DNA of 64,000 nucleotides from Escherichia coli (GTDB lineage Bacteria; Pseudomonadota; Gammaproteobacteria; Enterobacterales; Enterobacteriaceae): NCBI RefSeq assembly GCF_048403405.1, contig NZ_CP183129.1; one strand, 5' to 3'. Shown piece by piece: positions 1 to 11,824 of this stretch (position 1 is its first letter; each line of letters starts with the position of its first letter). The notes under the pieces were generated by a model. It saw only the letters and a program-made list of their open reading frames with translations, ran no database searches and was not told where the DNA came from. The position numbers and the translations under genes were made by a program.

Positions 1-77
1 TCGCTGGAGAGGATAACCCAGTGATTACGGCTGTCTGGCAGGGACCTGCACACGGATTGTGTGTGTTCCAGAGATGA
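1..77 (+). CDS. glgX: glycogen debranching enzyme, 3' end only (partial, runs off the window start)
   Basis: Open frame from the window edge ending ...[27 protein letters not shown] at 75-77; position directly upstream of glgC matches the glgBXCAP order. C-terminal identity is from memory, not a search. Confidence 0.5.
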
Positions 78-94
78 TAAAAAAGGAGTTAGTC

Positions 95-1390
95 ATGGTT
101 AGTTTAGAGAAGAACGATCACTTAATGTTGGCGCGCCAGCTGCCATTGAAATCTGTTGCCCTGATACTGGCGGGAGGACGTGGTACCCGCCTGAAGGATT
201 TAACCAATAAGCGAGCAAAACCGGCCGTACACTTCGGCGGTAAGTTCCGCATTATCGACTTTGCGCTGTCTAACTGCATCAACTCCGGGATCCGTCGTAT
301 GGGCGTGATCACCCAGTACCAGTCCCACACTCTGGTGCAGCACATTCAGCGCGGCTGGTCATTCTTCAATGAAGAAATGAACGAGTTTGTCGATCTGCTG
401 CCAGCACAGCAGAGAATGAAAGGGGAAAACTGGTATCGCGGCACCGCAGATGCAGTTACCCAAAACCTCGACATTATCCGCCGTTATAAAGCGGAATACG
501 TGGTGATCCTGGCGGGCGACCATATCTACAAGCAAGACTACTCGCGTATGCTTATCGACCACGTCGAAAAAGGCGCACGTTGCACCGTTGCTTGTATGCC
601 AGTACCGATTGAAGAAGCCTCCGCATTTGGCGTTATGGCGGTTGATGAGAACGATAAAATTATCGAATTCGTTGAAAAACCAGCTAACCCGCCGTCAATG
701 CCGAACGATCCGAGCAAATCTCTGGCGAGTATGGGTATCTACGTCTTTGACGCCGACTATCTGTATGAACTGCTGGAAGAAGACGATCGCGATGAGAACT
801 CCAGCCACGACTTTGGCAAAGATTTGATTCCCAAGATCACCGAAGCCGGTCTGGCCTATGCACACCCATTCCCGCTCTCTTGCGTACAATCCGACCCGGA
901 TGCCGAGCCGTACTGGCGCGATGTGGGTACGCTGGAAGCTTACTGGAAAGCGAACCTCGATCTGGCCTCTGTGGTGCCGGAACTGGATATGTACGATCGC
1001 AATTGGCCAATTCGCACCTACAATGAATCATTACCGCCAGCGAAATTCGTGCAGGATCGCTCCGGTAGCCACGGGATGACCCTTAACTCACTGGTATCCG
1101 GCGGTTGTGTGATCTCCGGTTCGGTGGTGGTGCAGTCCGTTCTGTTCTCGCGCGTTCGCGTGAATTCATTCTGCAACATTGATTCCGCCGTATTGTTACC
1201 GGAAGTATGGGTAGGTCGCTCGTGCCGTCTGCGCCGCTGCGTCATCGATCGTGCTTGTGTTATTCCGGAAGGCATGGTGATTGGTGAAAACGCAGAGGAA
1301 GATGCACGTCGTTTCTATCGTTCAGAAGAAGGCATCGTGCTGGTAACGCGCGAAATGCTACGGAAGTTAGGGCATAAACAGGAGCGATAA
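95..1390 (+). CDS. glgC: glucose-1-phosphate adenylyltransferase
   Basis: ORF 59..1390; recognisable GlgC N-terminus [33 protein letters not shown] begins at the ATG at 95, preceded by an AAGGAG Shine-Dalgarno at 83-88. Confidence 0.95.
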
Positions 1391-2823
1391 TGCAGGTTTT
1401 ACATGTATGTTCAGAGATGTTCCCGCTGCTTAAAACCGGCGGTCTGGCTGATGTTATTGGGGCATTACCCGCAGCACAAATCGCAGACGGCGTTGACGCT
1501 CGCGTACTGTTGCCTGCATTTCCCGATATTCGCCGTGGCGTGACCGATGCGCAGGTAGTATCCCGTCGTGATACCTTCGCCGGACATATCACGCTGTTGT
1601 TCGGTCATTACAACGGGGTTGGCATTTACCTGATTGACGCGCCGCATCTCTATGATCGTCCGGGAAGCCCGTATCACGATACCAACTTATTTGCCTATAC
1701 CGACAACGTATTGCGTTTTGCGCTGCTGGGGTGGGTTGGGGCAGAAATGGCTAGCGGGCTTGACCCATTCTGGCGTCCTGATGTGGTGCATGCGCACGAC
1801 TGGCATGCAGGCCTTGCGCCTGCGTATCTGGCGGCGCGCGGGCGTCCGGCGAAGTCGGTGTTTACTGTGCACAACCTGGCCTATCAAGGCATGTTTTATG
1901 CACATCACATGAATGACATCCAATTGCCATGGTCATTCTTTAATATTCATGGGCTGGAATTCAACGGACAAATCTCTTTCCTGAAGGCCGGTCTGTACTA
2001 TGCCGATCACATTACGGCGGTCAGTCCAACCTACGCTCGCGAGATCACCGAACCGCAGTTTGCCTACGGTATGGAAGGTCTGTTGCAACAGCGTCACCGT
2101 GAAGGGCGTCTTTCCGGCGTACTGAACGGCGTGGACGAGAAAATCTGGAGTCCAGAGACGGACTTACTGTTGGCCTCGCGTTACACCCGCGATACGTTGG
2201 AAGATAAAGCGGAAAATAAGCGCCAGTTACAAATCGCAATGGGGCTTAAGGTTGACGATAAAGTGCCGCTTTTTGCAGTGGTGAGCCGTCTGACCAGCCA
2301 GAAAGGTCTCGACCTGGTGCTGGAGGCCTTACCGGGTCTTCTGGAGCAGGGCGGGCAACTGGCGCTACTCGGCGCGGGCGATCCGGTGCTGCAGGAAGGT
2401 TTCCTTGCGGCGGCAGCGGAATACCCCGGCCAGGTGGGCGTTCAGATTGGCTATCACGAAGCATTTTCGCATCGCATTATGGGCGGCGCGGACGTCATTC
2501 TGGTGCCCAGCCGTTTTGAACCGTGCGGCTTAACGCAACTTTATGGATTGAAGTACGGTACGCTGCCGTTAGTGCGGCGCACCGGTGGGCTTGCTGATAC
2601 GGTTTCTGACTGTTCTCTTGAGAACCTTGCAGATGGCGTCGCCAGTGGGTTTGTCTTTGAAGATAGTAATGCCTGGTCGCTGTTACGGGCTATTCGACGT
2701 GCTTTTGTACTGTGGTCCCGTCCTTCACTGTGGCGGTTTGTGCAACGTCAGGCTATGGCAATGGATTTTAGCTGGCAGGTCGCGGCGAAGTCGTACCGTG
2801 AGCTTTACTATCGCTTGAAATAG
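1390..2823 (+). CDS. glgA: glycogen synthase
   Basis: 477 aa [26 protein letters not shown]-terminus typical of GlgA; start overlaps the glgC stop (translational coupling). Confidence 0.95.
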
Positions 2824-5289
<2,466 letters not shown>

Positions 5290-5307
5290 GTTCGCAAAGT
5301 GGTAACT

Positions 5308-5354
5308 GCCGTGTGTTCTCTTAAAGCTATCGTTAATGGGCACACGGCATTTTT
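5308..5354 (+). terminator. putative intrinsic terminator downstream of glgP
   Basis: Inverted repeat gccgtgtg (5308-5315) / cacacggc (5341-5348) followed by a T-run; the loop is long, so confidence is modest. Confidence 0.4.
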
Positions 5355-5773
5355 ATATCAGATAAACGATATGTCATGACAATTTACAGACAGCATCGAT
5401 ATATAATTCATATTTATTAATTCTTAATAATATTTCTCATCTGAGTATGTATCATACAATAAGCATTATAAATAACTAATAAATTATTTATTATATTTAT
5501 ATATTGCCCCACTCTTCAGTTATCCTGTCTAAAATAAATCTCTTTGTTTTCAAATGACTGTATTTTTATATAAAGTCAATCATTGCGAGCATGGATTCTT
5601 TTAGTTATATTACCAAGCAGCTCATATAATATTTTCCAGCCATTCTATCTCTTATTTTTTTTCTGTGGTTAACTACACCAGCTTTATTCATTTAAATAAT
5701 GTGACTTGTTAAAGCTGAATGTAAAAATAATCGCCAATATTGCTTGGATTTTTTAACAAAAGGAAAGGTATAA
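5355..5773 (+). promoter_or_regulatory. strongly AT-rich control region upstream of the fimbrial operon (probable promoter, likely nucleoid-protein silenced)
   Basis: About 420 bp of very AT-rich DNA with several TATAAT-like hexamers, ending in an AAAGGAAAGG Shine-Dalgarno before the ATG at 5774. Confidence 0.4.
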
Positions 5774-6478
5774 ATGAAATTCAATCTATCTAATTTATCC
5801 GCAGTTTTACTCGCATCAGGTATGCTGATGTCAACTGCGGTAACCGCTGCGCCAGGCGATGCATCACAATTTGGTGGTGCGGATACAGACTGGAGCACCG
5901 TTGATTATCCAAAACTCACCGATATGGATAGCAACACCGATGCGATGGGCGGAAACATCCGCTTTACTGGTCGTGTGGTTAAAGCGACGTGTAAGGTTGC
6001 TACAGAATCGAAACAGATTGAAGTGGTACTGCCAGTCGTACCTTCTAACGCTTTCACGGGCATTGATACCGAAGCAACGGGTGCCAGTAACCAGACTGAC
6101 TTCAACATTAAATTGACTGATTGTAGCAATACGGACAGTCAAAATATTGAATTTCGTTTTACTGGCGTAGCAGACGGTGCCAACCAGACGCTTGCCAATG
6201 AAGTGGAAGGAGCTGCTGATGCTGATGGTACTGGCGAAGCGGGAGCTACGGGTGTAGGGATTCGTATTTATTCTAAAAACACGACAACTGATGGCCTGAT
6301 TAAGCTGAACACACAAACTCCCCAGGGGAGTAGTTCTTCAGCAGCCTACGTGATTCCTGGCGATGCAGCCACTCATGATTTTACTGCGGCATTTACCGCG
6401 GGCTATGCTCAGAACGGTAGTACCGTTGCACCAGGTCTGGTGAAATCAACGGCAAGTTTCGTCGTGCTGTACGAATAA
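5774..6478 (+). CDS. fimbrial major subunit (FimA/LpfA-like pilin)
   Basis: Signal peptide MKFNLSNLSAVLLASGMLMSTAVTAA; conserved pilin core GNIRFTGRVVKATCKV...DC (disulfide pair); C-terminal ...ASFVVLYE resembles the pilin C-terminal strand. First gene of a chaperone-usher cluster. Confidence 0.85.
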   Translation: MKFNLSNLSAVLLASGMLMSTAVTAAPGDASQFGGADTDWSTVDYPKLTDMDSNTDAMGGNIRFTGRVVKATCKVATESKQIEVVLPVVPSNAFTGIDTEATGASNQTDFNIKLTDCSNTDSQNIEFRFTGVADGANQTLANEVEGAADADGTGEAGATGVGIRIYSKNTTTDGLIKLNTQTPQGSSSSAAYVIPGDAATHDFTAAFTAGYAQNGSTVAPGLVKSTASFVVLYE

Positions 6479-6490
6479 TTACAGCAAGAT

Positions 6491-6524
6491 AATTTCAGGT
6501 TACAGTTACTTGTAACCTGAAATT
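6491..6524 (+). terminator. stem-loop between pilin and chaperone genes (putative attenuator or partial terminator)
   Basis: Perfect inverted repeat aatttcaggttaca ... tgtaacctgaaatt lying 13 nt after the pilin stop codon. Confidence 0.45.
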
Positions 6525-6598
6525 AATATTACATGTTTATTTGTAATAAATAGACATGCATCAGTAATTACAATTAATTTCATCTACAAGGATGCAGT

Positions 6599-7351
6599 AT
6601 GAGATGGATTTCAAAAAATAAATGTTTTTCGAATAGAAACATTAATTCTTTGCTGAAGACCCAATATATCATAAGGGCCGGTGCTCTATTTTTACTATCC
6701 GCCATATCTATCAATGCTATTGCTGCGGGTGGCTTCGGTCTTGGTTCTACGCGTCTGGTTTATCCATCTGACAGTCAGCAAATTACGCTAAGTGTACAGA
6801 ATGGTGGGGCTAACACCAGCTATTTAATCCAGTCATGGATTGATGACAATCAAAGCAGTAAAAAAAGTCAGGATTTTGTGGTTACGCCTCCTTTATTTAT
6901 GTTACCAACGCGAAAAGAAGCCTCATTGAGGATAATGTTTATTGGTAAATCACAGTTACCGACTGATCGCGAAACATTATTCTGGATGAATGTGAAAGCG
7001 ATTCCGCCAACGGATGAGAAGAATACCCAGAAAAACACGTTACAACTGGCGTTACAAAACAGAATTAAATTATTTTACCGTCCGACTAATTTACCCGTTC
7101 AAGCTGGTAAAGCACGGGATATGCTGCGATTTAAATACGAAGGTAAACAGCTAAGAGTCATTAACCCTTCTCCCTATTATCTGACGGTGACTGGAATCAG
7201 GGTGCAAGGGGCAAAATTACCCAATGCGTTTGTTCCACCGAAAAGTGACGTAACAGTGTCTTCACCAGTGATGCTAGCCGGTGAAATTACTTATCAAACT
7301 ATCAATGATTACGGTGCCACAACGGCCAGGCAAAAGGGAACGATGCAATAA
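6599..7351 (+). CDS. periplasmic fimbrial chaperone (PapD-like)
   Basis: 250 aa; motifs TRLVYP, VTPPLFMLP, LQLALQNRIKLFYRP, NPSPYY typical of PapD/FimC-type chaperones. Confidence 0.85.
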   Translation: MRWISKNKCFSNRNINSLLKTQYIIRAGALFLLSAISINAIAAGGFGLGSTRLVYPSDSQQITLSVQNGGANTSYLIQSWIDDNQSSKKSQDFVVTPPLFMLPTRKEASLRIMFIGKSQLPTDRETLFWMNVKAIPPTDEKNTQKNTLQLALQNRIKLFYRPTNLPVQAGKARDMLRFKYEGKQLRVINPSPYYLTVTGIRVQGAKLPNAFVPPKSDVTVSSPVMLAGEITYQTINDYGATTARQKGTMQ

Positions 7352-7392
7352 ACCTGGAAGATTAAAACGTTAAAGCAACTCAGGTCAGGGAT

Positions 7393-9984
7393 ATGAACCT
7401 AAAGCTCAGAAAACTCGAACACAGGATGGCAAGGCAGAAGCAGATGAGGCGGTGTATGCTGCTTCTACTGACACTTTTGCCTGCGTGTTCAGTGGCGGGT
7501 ATGCGCTTTAACCCTGCATTCCTGTCGGGTGATACAGAAGCTGTTGCTGATTTATCTCGTTTTGAGAAAGGGATGACATATCTACCTGGTAGTTATGAGG
7601 TTGAAATATGGGTCAATGATTCGCCTTTGACATCACGTAAGGTTACTTTCAAAGCTGATGAGCAGAATCAGTTGATCCCCTGTTTTTCGCTCGATGAGTT
7701 AGTTACTTTAGGAATTAACAAAAGTGCATTGCCGGAACAGGCGCAAGCAGAGGGAAATAATTGTCTCGATTTACGTATATGGTTCGCAGAAGTTCAATAC
7801 ACTCCTGAACTGGATGCGCAACGACTCAAACTGACCTTTCCGCAGGCAATATTAAAGCATGAAGCCCGTGGTTATATTCCACCTGAGGAATGGGATAATG
7901 GTATCCCGGCCATTCTTATTAATTATGATTTTTCTGGCAACAGTGATCGTGGAGACTATGCGTCTGATAGTTATTATTTAAATCTCCGTTCAGGTTTAAA
8001 TTTAGGGGCGTGGCGTTTTCGTGATTATTCTACATGGAGTCGTTCAGGTAATTCACCGGGTAAAATTGCACATGTGAGTAGTACGTTACAACGAGTAATT
8101 ATTCCTTTTAAAAGTGAATTAACACTAGGTGATACCTGGTCTTCATCGGATGTTTTCGACAGTGTGAGTATTCGTGGTGCTAAACTTGAATCCGATGAAA
8201 ACATGCTACCCGATAGCCAAAGTGGTTTTGCCCCCACTGTGCGCGGTATTGCTAAAAGCAATGCTCAGGTAACGATCAAACAAAATGGCTATGTTATTTA
8301 TCAGACATATACTCCACCGGGACCCTTTGAAATCAACGATCTGAACCCTACGTCTTCCGCTGGGGATTTGGAAGTTACGATCAAAGAGTCTGATAATTCC
8401 GAAACTATCTATACCATTCCTTACGCCGCTGTTCCCATTCTTCAACGCGAAGGGCATATTAAATATTCGGCAACTGCCGGTAAATATCGTAGCAATAGCT
8501 ATAATCAAAACAGTCCGAATGTCTTTCAAGGAGATTTGATTTGGGGGTTACCCTGGGATATTACCGCCTACGGAGGGATGCAATACTCAAATAATTATCG
8601 GGCAATAGCACTCGGGCTTGGGTTCAACCTTGGTATGTTTGGTGCGACGTCATTTGATTTAACGCAAGCCAATAGCACGCTTGCCGATGGCAGTAAACAT
8701 CAAGGGCAATCGTACCGTTTCCTATATTCAAAATCGTTAGTGCAGACAGGTACGGCTTTTCAGATTATTGGTTATCGCTATTCGACGGAGGGATTTTATT
8801 CGTTGAGTGATACCACATACAAACAAATGTCGGGTACGGTTATCGATCCAGATACCCTTAATGAAAAAGACTATGTTTATAACTGGAATGATTTTTATAA
8901 TTTACGTTATAACAAAAGAGGAAAGTTTCAGGCAAATATATCGCAACCATTGGGCGAATATGGCTCTATGTATTTGGCGGCAAGTCAACAAACTTACTGG
9001 AATACGAATAATAAAGATACCTTGTATCAGGTCGGCTATAATACGAGTGTACATGGGATTTATTTAAATATTGCTTATAATTATAGTAAGTCACCAGGTT
9101 CAGATGCGGACAGAATCTTATCCGTAAATGTCTCATTGCCGATCAGCAATTGGTTATCACCAGCTGTCGATGGGCGTACTGCGACAAATTCTATGACAGC
9201 AACTTATGGTTATAGTCAGGATAATAGCGGTCATGTAAATCAGTATGCCGGAGTATCTGGATCGCTGCTGGAACAACATAATCTCAACTATAATATTCAA
9301 CAAAATTTTGCCAACCAGAATAATGGCGAAAATGGCTCGGTAGGGATAAATTACCGTGGTACATATGGTTCACTAAATTCTGGATACAGCTACGATAATA
9401 ATGGTAACCAGCAATTTAACTATGGTTTAAGTGGTGCCCTGGTTATTCACGAAAATGGTCTCACGTTAAGCCAGCCGTTAGGAGAAACAAATATACTGAT
9501 AAAAGCACCTGGGGCAAACAATGTAAATGTGGAACGCGGAACGGGGGTTAAAACAGACTGGCGTGGCTATGCTGTCGTACCTTATGCCACGGAATATCGG
9601 CGTAATAATATCTCTTTAGACCCTATGTCTATGAGTATGCATACAGAATTAGATGCTACTACTATGGAAGTGATACCCAGCAAAGGTGCTTTAGTTCGTG
9701 CTGAGTTTAATGCACATGTCGGTATTCGAGGTTTATTTAATGTTCATTATCGTAATAAACCAGTTCCATTTGGTGCGACGGTCAGTGTACCCACTGAGGG
9801 GACAACTCAGATTACAGGAATAGTGGGTGACAGTGGACAGGTTTATCTCTCCGGTTTGCCTTTACAAGGCATAATAAATATACAGTGGGGAGAAAGTTCT
9901 TATCAGCAATGTCGGGCAAACTATCAATTACCGGAAAGTGAGTTGGATAATGCCATTAGCTATGCAAATCTGGAGTGCCGCTAA
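7393..9984 (+). CDS. fimbrial outer-membrane usher
   Basis: 863 aa ORF; N-terminal FNPAFL motif after a signal peptide; size and position typical of ushers. The true start is probably an internal Met (7444 or 7456: MRRCMLLLLTLLPACSVAG). Confidence 0.85.
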   Translation: MNLKLRKLEHRMARQKQMRRCMLLLLTLLPACSVAGMRFNPAFLSGDTEAVADLSRFEKGMTYLPGSYEVEIWVNDSPLTSRKVTFKADEQNQLIPCFSLDELVTLGINKSALPEQAQAEGNNCLDLRIWFAEVQYTPELDAQRLKLTFPQAILKHEARGYIPPEEWDNGIPAILINYDFSGNSDRGDYASDSYYLNLRSGLNLGAWRFRDYSTWSRSGNSPGKIAHVSSTLQRVIIPFKSELTLGDTWSSSDVFDSVSIRGAKLESDENMLPDSQSGFAPTVRGIAKSNAQVTIKQNGYVIYQTYTPPGPFEINDLNPTSSAGDLEVTIKESDNSETIYTIPYAAVPILQREGHIKYSATAGKYRSNSYNQNSPNVFQGDLIWGLPWDITAYGGMQYSNNYRAIALGLGFNLGMFGATSFDLTQANSTLADGSKHQGQSYRFLYSKSLVQTGTAFQIIGYRYSTEGFYSLSDTTYKQMSGTVIDPDTLNEKDYVYNWNDFYNLRYNKRGKFQANISQPLGEYGSMYLAASQQTYWNTNNKDTLYQVGYNTSVHGIYLNIAYNYSKSPGSDADRILSVNVSLPISNWLSPAVDGRTATNSMTATYGYSQDNSGHVNQYAGVSGSLLEQHNLNYNIQQNFANQNNGENGSVGINYRGTYGSLNSGYSYDNNGNQQFNYGLSGALVIHENGLTLSQPLGETNILIKAPGANNVNVERGTGVKTDWRGYAVVPYATEYRRNNISLDPMSMSMHTELDATTMEVIPSKGALVRAEFNAHVGIRGLFNVHYRNKPVPFGATVSVPTEGTTQITGIVGDSGQVYLSGLPLQGIINIQWGESSYQQCRANYQLPESELDNAISYANLECR

Positions 9985-10547
9985 TGAATATATTACAAAA
10001 ATTTATTCTATTAATGTTTAGATCATTGTTCATGATGGTGATTTCATATAACGCACTGGCTAACGATACTGTAGTGGTCACATTTACAGGACAATTATTA
10101 GCGAAAACGTGTGATATTACAACTGGAAGTAAAGACCAGCCAGTAAACATGGGAACTTATGACGTCAATGATTTTTTGAATGTAGGGGATGTTTCTGGCA
10201 GCCATACATTTACGATCAATCTGGAAGGATGTCCTACAACAACCAGTACTGTTTATAGTTCAGGAGTAAGTGCTAATGTGCAGTTTACCGGGGATGCTGA
10301 TGCTATAAATACCACTTTATTACGCCTTACTTCCAGCGCGGATAGTGCAACTGGAGTGGGCATCGAAATTTTAGACAGTAATGATAAAATTATAGCAATT
10401 AATAGTGAATCAGGATTCAAAGAGTTAATTTTAAATAATAATGGCGATGCCAGTTTAACCTTTAAACTCCGCTATAAGTCAACTCAGCAAAACGTACATG
10501 CGGGACAGGCGAACGCACTATTGTACTTTGATATAGACTATCAGTGA
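9975..10547 (+). CDS. fimbrial minor subunit
   Basis: 190 aa; signal peptide, conserved Cys after the donor-strand region (LLAKTCDIT...EGCP), C-terminal ...LLYFDIDYQ; start overlaps the usher stop. Confidence 0.75.
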   Translation: MPLMNILQKFILLMFRSLFMMVISYNALANDTVVVTFTGQLLAKTCDITTGSKDQPVNMGTYDVNDFLNVGDVSGSHTFTINLEGCPTTTSTVYSSGVSANVQFTGDADAINTTLLRLTSSADSATGVGIEILDSNDKIIAINSESGFKELILNNNGDASLTFKLRYKSTQQNVHAGQANALLYFDIDYQ

Positions 10548-10554
10548 GGTTAAT

Positions 10555-11079
10555 ATGACACGATATTGGAATTTAATTGCCCTATTATTCTCTGTGATAT
10601 CTATGTCATCCATTGCTGATGATACAACGCATGCAGGTGTTGTACGCATCGAAGGAATTATAACAGCAAAGACTTGTATTGTTGCCGATGAGTCTAAAAA
10701 TTTCACAGTTAACATGCCTGATGTTCCCAGTTATACGGTGAGAAATTCAGGGAGTGTTACTGAAAAAATTGGCTTCTCTTTAAAGTTAACCCGTTGTGGC
10801 AGTGATGTCAGTAATGCCAATGTCACGTTTGATGGAATACCAGTTAGTGAAGACGCAGCCCTATATAAACTGGAAGAGGGCTCAGTCGATGGGTTAGCAC
10901 TGGCTATTTTTGATAACAACAGACAAAGTATTAGTAATGGTATAAAGAGTACAAGTTATGCCCTTACACCATTGGTAGATAATACATTGCATTTCTTTGC
11001 TGCTTATAAAGCTATAAAAAATGATGTACAACCAGGAGATGCGAATGCATCAGTTTCCTTTATCGTCACTTATGATTAA
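10555..11079 (+). CDS. fimbrial minor subunit
   Basis: 174 aa; signal peptide, Cys pair (KTCIV...TRCG), C-terminal ...SFIVTYD pilin-like strand. Confidence 0.75.
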   Translation: MTRYWNLIALLFSVISMSSIADDTTHAGVVRIEGIITAKTCIVADESKNFTVNMPDVPSYTVRNSGSVTEKIGFSLKLTRCGSDVSNANVTFDGIPVSEDAALYKLEEGSVDGLALAIFDNNRQSISNGIKSTSYALTPLVDNTLHFFAAYKAIKNDVQPGDANASVSFIVTYD

Positions 11080-11824
11080 CGTGCTGATATGCATTTTAAT
11101 ATGTTGCACAAATGCGCAGGCAGGAGTTGTTGTTGGCGGTACTCGTTTTGTTTACCCAGAAAAGCAGTCATCAATTTCGGTCGAGCTTAAAAATACTGCC
11201 AGTAAAGATATGCTGGTTAAAATTTCCGTGACACCTGATGATGGACGTCAGTTAAAAGGGACACTGGAATCCCAGCCTTTACTTCCAGATAAGGCGTTTA
11301 TTGCCACACCACCATTATTGGTACTTAAACAAGATAAAAATACCAAAATAAGAATCAATCGCGTGGGGGGGCAGTTACCTATAGATCGTGAGAGTTTATT
11401 TATACTGAATATTGCAGCGTTACCTGCTCAGGAACAAAACTCACAGCTTAAGAATGAAAATCAACTCCAGGTGGCTGTACGTAATAGGATGAAAATATTT
11501 TACCGCCCAGAGACGTTATCAGGTAATCCACTTGACGCTTATCAACAGTTACGCTGGTCGCGAAACAATGAAGCTGTCACCGTTTTTAACCCTACGCCCT
11601 GGTATGTGACACTCTATAATTTATCTATTGATGGTAAAAGCATAAATGGTGGCATGGTTGCACCATTTAGTCATCGCCAACAGGATTGGTGTCAGCGGCA
11701 AGGATATTGTGAGATTAACTGGCAAACACTAGATCTTTACAATAATGCCTTACCCGTATGGAGCGTAAAATTAAATGTTTTACAAAATAATGCTATTATG
11801 GGTGCAGTAGCGATACATGGATAA
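11021..11824 (+). CDS. second periplasmic fimbrial chaperone (PapD-like)
   Basis: 267 aa ORF with motifs GTRFVYPEK, ATPPLLVLK, LQVAVRNRMKIFYRP, NPTPWY. The real start is probably 11045 or 11072 (the ATG at 11072 overlaps the upstream stop, ATGATTAA). Confidence 0.85.
   Translation: MMYNQEMRMHQFPLSSLMINVLICILICCTNAQAGVVVGGTRFVYPEKQSSISVELKNTASKDMLVKISVTPDDGRQLKGTLESQPLLPDKAFIATPPLLVLKQDKNTKIRINRVGGQLPIDRESLFILNIAALPAQEQNSQLKNENQLQVAVRNRMKIFYRPETLSGNPLDAYQQLRWSRNNEAVTVFNPTPWYVTLYNLSIDGKSINGGMVAPFSHRQQDWCQRQGYCEINWQTLDLYNNALPVWSVKLNVLQNNAIMGAVAIHG

Noticed and set aside
5290..5773. Possible fimS-like invertible promoter switch
   Set aside because: No pair of inverted repeats bounding a promoter segment and no adjacent site-specific recombinase gene could be found by inspection.
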